In this document: positions 19,217 through 28,647 of the stretch, in pieces
Layout of the letters: every line of letters begins with the position of its first letter
Position numbering within the stretch: position 1 is the first letter of the stretch
Assembly (NCBI GenBank): GCA_045655005.1
Contig: JAZOOJ010000006.1
Coordinates: 70,130-134,129 of the forward strand
DNA from: Clostridia bacterium
Lineage (GTDB): Bacteria > Bacillota > Clostridia > Christensenellales > UBA1242
Direction of reading: 5' to 3'
Length of the DNA stretch: 64,000 nt
The notes under the pieces: generated by a model
The model's input: only the letters and a program-made list of their open reading frames with translations
Told to the model about the DNA's origin: nothing
The model's database searches: none
Translations under genes and position numbers: made by a program

Positions 19217-20092
19217 ATGAATAGTATGACAGGTTTTGGGCACGGAGAAGTTGAGTGTAATGGAAATAAAGTTTCTGTTGATATTAAAAGCGTCAATGGC
19301 AGATTTTTAGATATTACAGCAAAGATGCCAAAAAGTTTTTTATGCTTAGAAGAACAAATTAAAAATCAAATCAAAGGAGTTCTTGCAAGGGGCACAGTTG
19401 ATGTTTTTATAACAATAACCAAAGCCGAAGATGAAGATGTTGAGGTGATGTTAAATAAGAGCCTTTGTGAGAAAATTTATTCAGAGGCAGAAAGTTTATC
19501 AAAAGAAACAGACGTTCCTAATGGATTATCACTAAAAGAGTTGATACGAGTCGAGGGGGTTTTGAAACTACAACAAAAAGATGTAGATGTTTCCATTTTC
19601 TCTTCATTGATTCAAGAAGCGACGCAAAAGGCGCTAAATTGTCTAATTGAGATGAGAAGGCAAGAAGGCGGAAGTTTGAAAAAAGATTTGCGAGGGAAGT
19701 TTACTGCGTTAAAAAATGTTGTTGATAAAATTTCACACGAAGTGCCAATTTCAATAAATGAGTACAGGGCAAAATTACAAAATCGTATAACCGAAGCATT
19801 GAACAATATTGAAATTGACGAAGCGAAACTTGTTAATGAAGTGGCGTTTTTTGTGGACAAATCAGATGTCAATGAAGAAATTTCAAGACTCTATTCACAC
19901 CTAAATCAAGTTGCAGGACTATTTAATGCAAATCTTCCAGTTGGGAAACAGCTTGAATTTATTTCACAAGAAATTACAAGAGAAATAAACACATTAGGGT
20001 CTAAGTCTGCTTCAATTAATATTACAAATTTGGTTCTTGAAGCAAAAACCATTAATGAAAGCATTAAAGAGCAAATAAGAAATATAGAGTAA
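19217..20092 (+). CDS. yicC: YicC/YloC family stress-induced protein (endoribonuclease)
   Basis: MNSMTGFG N-terminus and the C-terminal EEISRL...EINTLGSK motif. ATG 19217 follows an AAGGGGTG RBS. Confidence 0.8.
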   Translation: MNSMTGFGHGEVECNGNKVSVDIKSVNGRFLDITAKMPKSFLCLEEQIKNQIKGVLARGTVDVFITITKAEDEDVEVMLNKSLCEKIYSEAESLSKETDVPNGLSLKELIRVEGVLKLQQKDVDVSIFSSLIQEATQKALNCLIEMRRQEGGSLKKDLRGKFTALKNVVDKISHEVPISINEYRAKLQNRITEALNNIEIDEAKLVNEVAFFVDKSDVNEEISRLYSHLNQVAGLFNANLPVGKQLEFISQEITREINTLGSKSASINITNLVLEAKTINESIKEQIRNIE

Positions 20093-20192
20093 TGTGTTTA
20101 AAAAATAATTTGAATTTATAATAAAATATCACAAAAAGTATTTGTATGTGAAAATCTATGTGTGTTATAATAATGTATAAGAGGAGATAATT

Positions 20193-20390
20193 ATGTCATT
20201 AAATGAACCACCAGTAGATAAATTAATTGATAAATTGGGCAACAAATATGCACTTTCGGTGTTAGTTGCTAAAAGAGCTAAAGAAATTTCTATTTCAAGA
20301 TCAGAATTTTTTAATGAGAATAGACGTGTAAAGCCTGTAAGTGTTGCGTCTAGTGAATTTTTTGACGGAGTGGTAAAGAAGCCAGAATAA
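20193..20390 (+). CDS. rpoZ: DNA-directed RNA polymerase subunit omega
   Basis: 65 aa, NKYALSVLVAKRAKEI, in the conserved position before priA. Confidence 0.8.
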   Translation: MSLNEPPVDKLIDKLGNKYALSVLVAKRAKEISISRSEFFNENRRVKPVSVASSEFFDGVVKKPE

Positions 20391-20423
20391 CTCTGGGATT
20401 TGATTTTACTAAAAATTTATTTT

Positions 20424-20458
20424 CGGTTGGTGTAAAATTACTCCAACCGTTTATTTTT
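20424..20458 (+). terminator. Rho-independent terminator after rpoZ
   Basis: Stem CGGTTGG / CCAACCG followed by TTTATTTTT. Confidence 0.55.
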
Positions 20459-20477
20459 AAAAGGAGAGAACTATAAG

Positions 20478-22691
20478 GTGTATGCTCAGGTAATAGTTGA
20501 TATTGCAAGTTCAAATATAGATAAGATATTTGATTATGCGATAACAGAAGATGAAGTATGGCAAGTTGGTTCAAGGGTCTTGGTTCCGTTCGGGAACAGG
20601 CGAATTGAAGGCTTTATTATATCAAAATCTGAAACAACAAGCTATGATGAAAGTAAAGTAAAGTCGGTCATCGAAGTATTGGACCCTATGCCAGTTATAA
20701 CAAAAGAGCAATTAAGTCTTTCAGAATTTATGAAAGAAAGGTTTCATATTGGTTACGCAGATTGTTTTCGGCTTTTTTTACCTCCAGAACTTAGAAGTGG
20801 AAAAGTTGGTGATATTTTCAAATACATTATTAAAATCGCCAATATTAATGAAATCTCTCAATATAAAAATAATTTAAAGAAAAATGCGACAGCGCAAATT
20901 GCATTAATCGATTTTTTGATAGATAATCCAGACGGAGTTGAAAGAGTTTTTTTAAATAAGAGGTTTGGGAACTCTGCTTTACAAAAATTAAAAAAACTTG
21001 GTTTAGTAGTTGAGCGTGCTGAGCAAGTAAAGCGTATTCCATACAGTGATTTAGACGGAATAGAAAAAAAAGAAATCACATTAACAAAGTTGCAACAATC
21101 GGCGGTTGATACAATTCTTGCAGATACCAACCAAAGTTATTTATTGCACGGAATTACAGGAAGCGGAAAAACCGAAGTTTATATGAATGTAATTAAAGAT
21201 GTACTAAAAAATGGTAAATCCGCACTAATGCTTGTACCTGAGATTTCTCTTACTCCGCAAGTGCTTCAAAATTTCAAATCAAGATTTGGAGATAGTATTG
21301 CACTTATTCATAGTGGGCTTTCAGCAGGCGAACGATTTGATGAGTGGAAAAGAATATTGCTAGGAGAAGCAAAAATTGTAATTGGAGCAAGGTCTGCAAT
21401 ATTTACGCCAATTCAAAACCTTGGTGTGATTATTATTGATGAAGAACACGAGCAAACCTATAACAGTGAAAGCCACCCACGGTATACAACAAGCGAAGTC
21501 GCTGAATTTAGAAGACTATTTAATGATTGTATTTTAGTATTAGGAAGTGCAACACCATCGATGGTTTCTTATCATAAAGCAATGACAAAAGATTATAAGT
21601 TAATAGAAATGTTAGAGCGTGTTAATGGTAAGAAATTACCGCCTATTGAAATTGTTGATATGGGCAGAGAAGTAAGGCTTGGGAATTCGGGTATATTTTC
21701 CAATCTCTTAATAAGTGAACTTGAAAAAACAGTCGAGAATGGCAATCAAGCTATTATATTCATAAATAGACGTGGATATGCTTCTTTTATTCAGTGTAGA
21801 GAATGTGGCTGGGTCGCAAAGTGTCCCGATTGCGATGTATCGCTAGCTTATCATAAATCTGAAAGCACACTTAAATGTCACTATTGTGGAAATCGTTTTA
21901 AGGTATTCAGTGAATGCCCAGAATGTCATAGCGAAAGCATAAGATATGGCTCTATCGGCACGGAAAGGGTTGTAAGTGAATTGCAAAGCCTTTTCCCTGA
22001 CGTGAAAATTTTACGAATGGATAACGATGTGACAAGAACAAAAGATGCACATTTAAAGATTTTGCAGAAGTTTAGGAATAAAGACGCTCAAATTCTTGTT
22101 GGAACACAAATGGTCGCAAAAGGACATGATTTTCCAAGTGTAACTTTGGTGGGTATTATTGAGCCAGATATAACTCTTTATCAAAACAGTTATCTAGCGA
22201 CAGAAAAAACTTTTGCATTGGTGACTCAGGTCGCAGGAAGAGCAGGAAGAGCGTTGGCAGACGGTCAAGTGGTTTTACAGTCCTTTTCGCCAAATCACTA
22301 TGTTTATAAATTGGCGTCAAGTTACGATTATATGGCTTTCTATAACAAAGAGATAAATATAAGAGAGGTAACAAAATTTCCGCCATATTCAACAATTGTA
22401 AGAATTTTATTTACAAGTGAAGACGAAGCACTTGCAATTGAGCAATTAAAAGTGTATTATAATAAGGTAAATCAAATAAAGGCGTCTTCACCAGATAGCT
22501 CGTTCATATATTTAAACAAGATGAAATCTCCATTAAATATGATTATGAAAAAATATAGGTTTCAAATCATTATGAGATTGTCAAAAGAATATGAACAAAC
22601 AATAATTACAAAACTCTTTGAAATAGATAGGGAATATAAATCAAAAAATGTTCAGACGTTTATTGAGATAAACGCATCTGATTTGAGGTAA
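20478..22691 (+). CDS. priA: Primosomal replication restart protein N' (PriA)
   Basis: GITGSGKTEVY, IIIDEEHE, Cys-rich zinc region CRECGW..CPDCD...CHYCG..CPEC, and helicase C-terminal motifs. GTG start. Confidence 0.9.
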   Translation: MYAQVIVDIASSNIDKIFDYAITEDEVWQVGSRVLVPFGNRRIEGFIISKSETTSYDESKVKSVIEVLDPMPVITKEQLSLSEFMKERFHIGYADCFRLFLPPELRSGKVGDIFKYIIKIANINEISQYKNNLKKNATAQIALIDFLIDNPDGVERVFLNKRFGNSALQKLKKLGLVVERAEQVKRIPYSDLDGIEKKEITLTKLQQSAVDTILADTNQSYLLHGITGSGKTEVYMNVIKDVLKNGKSALMLVPEISLTPQVLQNFKSRFGDSIALIHSGLSAGERFDEWKRILLGEAKIVIGARSAIFTPIQNLGVIIIDEEHEQTYNSESHPRYTTSEVAEFRRLFNDCILVLGSATPSMVSYHKAMTKDYKLIEMLERVNGKKLPPIEIVDMGREVRLGNSGIFSNLLISELEKTVENGNQAIIFINRRGYASFIQCRECGWVAKCPDCDVSLAYHKSESTLKCHYCGNRFKVFSECPECHSESIRYGSIGTERVVSELQSLFPDVKILRMDNDVTRTKDAHLKILQKFRNKDAQILVGTQMVAKGHDFPSVTLVGIIEPDITLYQNSYLATEKTFALVTQVAGRAGRALADGQVVLQSFSPNHYVYKLASSYDYMAFYNKEINIREVTKFPPYSTIVRILFTSEDEALAIEQLKVYYNKVNQIKASSPDSSFIYLNKMKSPLNMIMKKYRFQIIMRLSKEYEQTIITKLFEIDREYKSKNVQTFIEINASDLR

Positions 22692-22697
22692 TAAAGA

Positions 22698-23174
22698 ATG
22701 GCAATAAGAAGAATTTTAAAAATTGATAATAAAGAAGATTTGGAGTTTTTAAGGAAAAAATCGAAACCAGTTGAAAATTTTGATGCAAGACTAAAAACAC
22801 TACTTGAAGATATGAAAGAAACTGTAAGACGTGCAGATGGTGCGGGATTATCGGCTGTGCAAATTGGGGTTTTAAAAAGAGTATTTATTATAATTGATGA
22901 TAATGATGAAGTTGTTGAATTTATTAATCCAGAGATTATAGAATCAAGTGGAAGTTGTCCAATACTTGAAGAAGGGTGTTTAAGTGTCCCAAAAAGTTAT
23001 GGCAAAGTAAAAAGACCTAATATAGTAATTGTTAAAGCCTGTGACAGAGACGGGAAGGAGTTTAAAAAACAATTTGTTGGATTTTCTGCCAAGGCAGTTT
23101 GTCATGAAAGCGACCATTTAGACGGTGTATTATTCATAGATAAAACGATAGATGATATTCAAAAAATAAAGTAA
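22698..23174 (+). CDS. def: Peptide deformylase
   Basis: GAGLSAVQIG, EGCLSVP and HESDHLDG motifs. Confidence 0.95.
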   Translation: MAIRRILKIDNKEDLEFLRKKSKPVENFDARLKTLLEDMKETVRRADGAGLSAVQIGVLKRVFIIIDDNDEVVEFINPEIIESSGSCPILEEGCLSVPKSYGKVKRPNIVIVKACDRDGKEFKKQFVGFSAKAVCHESDHLDGVLFIDKTIDDIQKIK

Positions 23175-23186
23175 GGAAAAAAGTAA

Positions 23187-24218
23187 ATGAGAATTATATT
23201 TTTAGGAACGCCAGAGTTTTCAATACCAACATTAAAAGCTATATATGAGAGCAAACACGAAGTAATTGCTATTATCTCTCAACCTGACAGAGTTCAAGAT
23301 AGGGGCAGAAAGATTGTCTTTTCCCCAGTTAAAGAGTTTGCACTAGAACATAATATACCAATATATCAATTTGAAAAGATATCAAGAGATGGGGTGGAAA
23401 TTATAAAGGAATTAGATCCTGATATTATGGTAACTGCGAGCTATGGTCAAATAATATCACAAGAAATAATTAATTTGCCTAAGTATGGGATAATTAATGT
23501 ACATGCGTCACTTTTGCCAGAGTTTCGTGGGGCTTCTCCAATTCAAACTGCAATAATGAAAGGTTGCGAAAAAACAGGTGTTACTATTATGAAAACCGAG
23601 GCAGGGCTTGATACGGGTGATATAATTTTAACAGGAGAATTGAATATTGGAGAAAATGAAACAGCAGGCGAATTATCAAAACGCTTGGCTGTATTGGGTG
23701 CGGGCTTATTGTTAACAGCCCTTGAAAAAATTGAAAGCGGTGATGTCGAATACATAAAACAGTCCCACGTAGATGCAACGATCACAAGAAGAATAAGCAA
23801 AGAAGAGGGGAGAATTGTTTGGGAAAAATCTGCCTATCAATTGAAGTGTCAAATACTAGGTCAAAACCCATCGCCAATTGCTTACACATTTTTAAATGAT
23901 ACTTGCGTGAAAATTTATAGGGCTAAAATTGCAGAGGGTGAAGATATAAAAGAAACTCACGAAACAGTTGGTGCGGTTATTGCTCCAACCAGTGCAAAAA
24001 GAGGCTTATTTGTTCAATGTGGAAAGGGCGTTTTAGAAATAGAACAATTACAATTTCCAGGAGGCAAGGTGTTAAAAGGTTCTGAAGCTATAAATGGTCG
24101 AAAGGTAAAGTTGGGAGATGTTTTTGAATATAATAGTGAAATTCAACAAAACAACGCATTAAAACTAAAAGTAAGTGGTGAAAAAACCGAAGTTAATAAT
24201 TCAATAAAAAGTGAATAG
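23187..24218 (+). CDS. fmt: Methionyl-tRNA formyltransferase
   Basis: MRIIFLGTPEFS, NVHASLLPEFRGASPIQ. It carries a non-conserved C-terminal tail of about 30 aa. Confidence 0.9.
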   Translation: MRIIFLGTPEFSIPTLKAIYESKHEVIAIISQPDRVQDRGRKIVFSPVKEFALEHNIPIYQFEKISRDGVEIIKELDPDIMVTASYGQIISQEIINLPKYGIINVHASLLPEFRGASPIQTAIMKGCEKTGVTIMKTEAGLDTGDIILTGELNIGENETAGELSKRLAVLGAGLLLTALEKIESGDVEYIKQSHVDATITRRISKEEGRIVWEKSAYQLKCQILGQNPSPIAYTFLNDTCVKIYRAKIAEGEDIKETHETVGAVIAPTSAKRGLFVQCGKGVLEIEQLQFPGGKVLKGSEAINGRKVKLGDVFEYNSEIQQNNALKLKVSGEKTEVNNSIKSE

Positions 24219-24232
24219 GCAAGGAATGAAAT

Positions 24233-25276
24233 ATGAAAGAAAAATTATTAGATTACTCTCTTGATGAGTTAAGAGAAAGATTTGTAGAATTAGGATTTAA
24301 AAAATATAGAGCAACACAAGTTTACGAATGGTTGACAAGTTATATTCCTTTTGAGGAGATGTCAAATTTAAGCAAAGAAGACAGGGCAAAACTAAGAGAA
24401 AATTTTGTTGACTTACCACTAGTAATAGAACAATGTTTTGACAGTAACCAAGACGGAACCAAAAAGTTTTTGTACAGATTAACAGAAACAGGTGATCTGA
24501 TTGAGGGTGTTCTATTGAAGTATAAATATGGATATACTTTATGTGTATCAACGCAAGTTGGTTGTAGAATGGGTTGTAAGTTTTGTGCCAGTGGTCTTGA
24601 TGGGCTTAAAAGAAATTTAACACCGGCTGAAATTTTATCTCAGGTGTTGGCAGTTAATAAGTACATAGGCGGAACAAATACAGACAGGTTAGTTACAAAT
24701 GTTGTATTAATGGGGAGTGGTGAGCCTTTTGATAACTATGATAATGTAATCAAGTTTATACGTTTAGTTCAATCTCCAAACAGTTTAAATATTAGTCCAA
24801 GAAAGATTACAATTTCAACATCGGGGCTAGTAGATAAAATTTATGAAATCACAAATCTAGACTTGAAAATGACTTTAACAGTTTCCTTACACGCAACAAC
24901 AGATTTTGTAAGAAAAAAGATAATGAAAGTTGCGAACGCTTATAGTATTGACGAACTTTTAAAATCTTTAAAGTTCTATTATGAAAAGACTAATAAGAGA
25001 ATTGCTTTTGAATACATTTTATTAGATATAAATACAACCGACCAAGATGTGAAAAATATCATTGAAATCAGTCATATGTTTGATTGCCATTTCAATTTTA
25101 TTAGATATAATTATGTAAAGGAAAGTGGGTTGACTGGACTGGGCGAAGATGAAATACAAAGATTCTTTAACAAAGTTAAATCTGGTGGTGTTTCTTGTAC
25201 TGTAAGAAGAACTCTTGGAAGCGATGTTGAGGGGGCTTGCGGTCAACTTAGAAGAAGATATATAAATAAAGACTAA
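24233..25276 (+). CDS. rlmN: 23S rRNA/tRNA (adenine-C2)-methyltransferase RlmN (radical SAM)
   Basis: CxxxCxxC radical-SAM motif GCRMGCKFCASG, MGSGEP, and C-terminal ACGQL. Confidence 0.9.
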   Translation: MKEKLLDYSLDELRERFVELGFKKYRATQVYEWLTSYIPFEEMSNLSKEDRAKLRENFVDLPLVIEQCFDSNQDGTKKFLYRLTETGDLIEGVLLKYKYGYTLCVSTQVGCRMGCKFCASGLDGLKRNLTPAEILSQVLAVNKYIGGTNTDRLVTNVVLMGSGEPFDNYDNVIKFIRLVQSPNSLNISPRKITISTSGLVDKIYEITNLDLKMTLTVSLHATTDFVRKKIMKVANAYSIDELLKSLKFYYEKTNKRIAFEYILLDINTTDQDVKNIIEISHMFDCHFNFIRYNYVKESGLTGLGEDEIQRFFNKVKSGGVSCTVRRTLGSDVEGACGQLRRRYINKD

Positions 25277-25289
25277 TGGAGAAATATAA

Positions 25290-25952
25290 ATGTTTAAATT
25301 TGTAAAAATTTCGCCAAGCATTATTGCAATAGATTATAACAACGAAGAAGTTTTGTCTGAAAATATTAGTAAATTACAAAATTCTCTTGCGAAATTTATT
25401 CACTTAGACGTAATGGATGGAAAATTTGTAAAGAATACAACATTTAATCACACTTTCGTAGAAAAAGTTAGAGATAAAACAGATTTGCTTTTAGATGTCC
25501 ATTTAATGGTAGAAAATCCTGACGATGTTATTTTGGATTATATAAATGCTGGGGCAGATATTTTAACTGTTCACTTTGAAGCATGCAGAAATATTGAGAA
25601 GACTTTAAAAACAATAAGAGATAATGGTTGTTTGGCTGGGGTTTCAATAAGTCCCAAAACCGAAGTTTCTGAGATAGAACACTTGGTTGTGAATGGCTTA
25701 GTGGACTTAGTTCTTGTTATGAGTGTAGAACCAGGGGCGTGTGGGCAACAATTTATACCAGAAACAGCATTAAAAGTGTCTGAATTAAGAGATATGGATA
25801 AGTCCGTTGAGATAGAAGTCGATGGCGGAATTAACGTTAAGAATGCTAAGATGCTAAGAAAATTAGGAGCAACAATTCTTGTTTCAGGAGCAACAATTTT
25901 TAATTCATCAGACATTAATCAAATAATTAATCAGTTAAGAGGAAAAGAATAG
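25290..25952 (+). CDS. rpe: Ribulose-phosphate 3-epimerase
   Basis: SPSIIAIDY, HLDVMDG, VHLMV, VMSVEPG and EVDGGIN motifs. Confidence 0.9.
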   Translation: MFKFVKISPSIIAIDYNNEEVLSENISKLQNSLAKFIHLDVMDGKFVKNTTFNHTFVEKVRDKTDLLLDVHLMVENPDDVILDYINAGADILTVHFEACRNIEKTLKTIRDNGCLAGVSISPKTEVSEIEHLVVNGLVDLVLVMSVEPGACGQQFIPETALKVSELRDMDKSVEIEVDGGINVKNAKMLRKLGATILVSGATIFNSSDINQIINQLRGKE

Positions 25953-26002
25953 TTTTGACGATAAAAAATTAACAGCATATATTGAAATATGGGAGGGGAG
26001 AT

Positions 26003-26101
26003 ATGACAATATGCTGTATTAAGGCGCCAAAGGCAATCGGCGCAATATTAAAAGTTTTTGTTAAGACAAATAAGGATAGGACAAGGGTTGAAAACAAATA
26101 A
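26003..26101 (+). CDS. spoVM: SpoVM-like small sporulation protein (32 aa; below the ORF-track size cutoff)
   Basis: A GGGAGGGGAG RBS precedes the ATG. The peptide is MTICCIKAPKAIGAILKVFVKTNKDRTRVENK. Its core IKxPKxxGxI matches B. subtilis SpoVM as I recall it (MKFYTIKLPKFLGGIVRAML...). It sits between rpe and a convergent rpmB, as in Bacillus, and the terminator follows directly. Confidence 0.7.
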   Translation: MTICCIKAPKAIGAILKVFVKTNKDRTRVENK

Positions 26102-26104
26102 AAC

Positions 26105-26145
26105 AAAAGCACTATTTTGTAAATCAAAATAGTGCTTTTTATTTT
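26105..26145. terminator. Bidirectional terminator between spoVM-like ORF and rpmB
   Basis: 14-bp stem AAAAGCACTATTTT / AAAATAGTGCTTTT flanked by A-runs and T-runs on both sides. Confidence 0.8.
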
Positions 26146-26154
26146 AATTTGATG

Positions 26155-26337
26155 TTAGTTATTTTTTGTGCCTTTCATACACTTTGTGCATACATAGGCT
26201 TTTTGAACTTTTCCATCAACTTCCACTTGAACTTTTTGGATGTTTGGGTTGGTTACTCTTTTTGTTTTTACATTTGAGTGGCTAACATTGTTTCCAGTCA
26301 TTTTACCTTTACCACAAATAGAACAAACTCTGCTCAT
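26155..26337 (-). CDS. rpmB: 50S ribosomal protein L28
   Basis: [22 protein letters not shown].. is canonical L28. ATG 26337 lies 7 nt after GGAGG; the track start 26352 is a TTG inside the RBS. Confidence 0.95.
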   Translation of the reverse strand: MSRVCSICGKGKMTGNNVSHSNVKTKRVTNPNIQKVQVEVDGKVQKAYVCTKCMKGTKNN

Positions 26338-26546
26338 TACTTTTCCTCCCAACTTTAATTTTCACAATGGGTATATTACCATATTTATTATATTTTTGCA
26401 ACACTTTTTTATAAAATTTATATAAATTTTCGATATTTGGCATATAATTATTAAAAATATCCTTGATATTTAAGTTAAGATGTTGTAAAATAGTAGTTGA
26501 TTTAATAGGTGTGTGCCTATTAAAAATTTTTGTTAGGAGAGATTTT

Positions 26547-26897
26547 GTGGCAGTTTCAACAGAAAATTCAAATGGTGTAATAAGTATAACTGATGAATCT
26601 ATTGCTCTTGTTGTTGGACATACAACTCTTGAATGTTATGGAGTTGTTGATTTAGTTGCAAGGACTTTATTGGAAAATTTACTTGAACTTTTCAAGAAGC
26701 GTTCAAAATCTCGTGGCATTAAGATTTTGACAATTGGCGACAGGATTCATATTGATTTAGATATTATATTAAAATATGGCGTTTCAATTAATGCAGTTGC
26801 TGAATCTGTACGTCGTTCAGTTAAGTATAATGTAGAACAATTTACCGGAATGCTTGTTGATAGTATTAATATCAACGTGGTTGGCGTTAAGGTATAA
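26547..26897 (+). CDS. Asp23/Gls24 family protein (YloU-like)
   Basis: ISITDESIALVVGHTTLECYGVV... is Asp23-like. GTG 26547 follows AGGAGAG. Conserved partner of the following DAK2 gene. Confidence 0.75.
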   Translation: MAVSTENSNGVISITDESIALVVGHTTLECYGVVDLVARTLLENLLELFKKRSKSRGIKILTIGDRIHIDLDIILKYGVSINAVAESVRRSVKYNVEQFTGMLVDSININVVGVKV

Positions 26898-26922
26898 TTG
26901 AGAGAGATACAGGAGATTTAAA

Positions 26923-28569
26923 ATGGCTAAAACAATTTCAGGTGCTGCATTTAGAAAAATGATTATAAGCGGTGCCAATTATTTGGAAAAGAACAAAGAA
27001 TATGTTGACTCGTTAAACGTTTTTCCAGTCCCAGACGGTGACACAGGAACAAATATGTCTTTAACAATGCGTTCAGCAATTAAAGAACTTAATTTGGTAA
27101 CAAGTAACGATATTGAACAACTTGCAAGTGCAGTTGCTAAGGGCGCTTTAAAAGGAGCAAGAGGTAACTCAGGAGTTATCCTATCTCAAATCTTAAAAGG
27201 TTTTACAACAGTATTAGCTCATGAAAAGAATATTACATCAAAAGCATTTGCAAAAGCTTTAAAAGAAGGTTCTTCTGTTGCGTATGATGCGGTTACAAAA
27301 CCTAAGGAAGGAACAATTTTAACAGTTATCAGAATGATGTCCGAAGAGTCTGTTGATATTGCAAAAAAATATTCCGACCTTGCAGAGTTTTTACAACATA
27401 CCTTAGAAGCTGGCGAGGAAGTATTAAAGCAGACACCAGAGATGTTACCGGTATTAAAGAAAGCTGGTGTTGTAGACGCTGGTGGCAGAGGACTACTTGT
27501 TATTCTTTCAGGATTCTATCAAATGCTTGCTGGAAATGAAGTTGAAATTGCTCTTGATTTTGAGGGCGATAAGGTAGAAAGTGCAGATGCTGCATTTGAA
27601 AATATAAACGTAGATTATAATGACTTGGCTGAGATTGAATTTGCGTATTGTACCGAATTTTGGATTATTAATCTAAATGGCAAAACAACATCAGCTGATA
27701 TTGATAGACTTCGTGAAGAATTAATGGAACTTGGTGACAGTGTTATATGTATCGGCGACTTAAACGGGGTTCACGTTCACGTTCACACAAACTCACCGGG
27801 TGTTGCTTTAACAAAAGCACTTGCTCTTGGAGAAGTTGACACAATAAAAATTGAAAATATGCTTGAACAATTCCGTTCATTAAAGGGACGTCAACAAGTT
27901 CAAGAAGAATTAAAACCTATTGGAATGGTTGCGATTTGTGCCGGTGAAGGCTTAGCTACAATATTTAAAGATTTGAATGTTGACTATGTGATTGAGGGCG
28001 GTCAAACAATGAACCCGAGCGCCGAAGACATTGCAGCAGCGGTTGAAAAAGTGAAGGCGGAAACAGTATTTGTTCTTCCAAATAACAAAAACATTATTTT
28101 GGCAGCTGAACTTGCAAAAGACCTTTCAAGAAGAAATTTGGTAGTTGTTCCAACAACATCTGTACCGCAAGGAATTACAGCGGCAATTAATTTAAATCCA
28201 GACGATAGTGTCGAAACCAATCTTGCTAATATGGCAACATCAATTGACACTGTGGTAACAGGTTCTGTAACATATGCAGTTCGTGCAACGCATATTGATG
28301 GATTTAAGTTAAAAGAAGGCGATATTATTGGTCTTGACAATAAGAATATTATTGCAAAGGGTGAAGATGTGAGTGCCGTAACCGAGGAAGTAGTAGAAAA
28401 ATTAATTAACCCAGATATTATGTCAATAACATTATTCTATGGACAAGATGTTCAACAAGCAGAAGCAGAAGTTTTAGCTGAAAAAATTGCAAGTAAACAT
28501 CCAGATATTGAAGTTGATTTCCACTACGGTGGACAACCATTATATTACTATATGGTATCACTTGAATAA
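26923..28569 (+). CDS. fakA: DAK2-domain protein of the YloV/FakA (fatty-acid kinase) family
   Basis: 548 aa. Dak2 motif LNVFPVPDGDTGTNM. Conserved position between yloU and recG. Confidence 0.8.
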   Translation: MAKTISGAAFRKMIISGANYLEKNKEYVDSLNVFPVPDGDTGTNMSLTMRSAIKELNLVTSNDIEQLASAVAKGALKGARGNSGVILSQILKGFTTVLAHEKNITSKAFAKALKEGSSVAYDAVTKPKEGTILTVIRMMSEESVDIAKKYSDLAEFLQHTLEAGEEVLKQTPEMLPVLKKAGVVDAGGRGLLVILSGFYQMLAGNEVEIALDFEGDKVESADAAFENINVDYNDLAEIEFAYCTEFWIINLNGKTTSADIDRLREELMELGDSVICIGDLNGVHVHVHTNSPGVALTKALALGEVDTIKIENMLEQFRSLKGRQQVQEELKPIGMVAICAGEGLATIFKDLNVDYVIEGGQTMNPSAEDIAAAVEKVKAETVFVLPNNKNIILAAELAKDLSRRNLVVVPTTSVPQGITAAINLNPDDSVETNLANMATSIDTVVTGSVTYAVRATHIDGFKLKEGDIIGLDNKNIIAKGEDVSAVTEEVVEKLINPDIMSITLFYGQDVQQAEAEVLAEKIASKHPDIEVDFHYGGQPLYYYMVSLE

Positions 28570-28577
28570 ATTACTAA

Positions 28578-28610
28578 AAGAACAATTCGTAAAAAGAATT
28601 GTTCTTTTTT
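28578..28610 (+). terminator. Rho-independent terminator
   Basis: 11-bp stem AAGAACAATTC / GAATTGTTCTT followed by a T-run. Confidence 0.75.
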
Positions 28611-28647
28611 ATTGTAAAAAATAAAATTTATATGATAATATATTAAT

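Noticed and set aside
25953-26002. Sigma-E promoter for the spoVM-like gene (CATATATT at 25976-25983)
   Set aside because: The -10-like octamer is plausible, but the only ATA-containing -35 candidate (25961-25963) is about 10 nt away, too close for the sigma-E spacing I recall. The call is left unmade.
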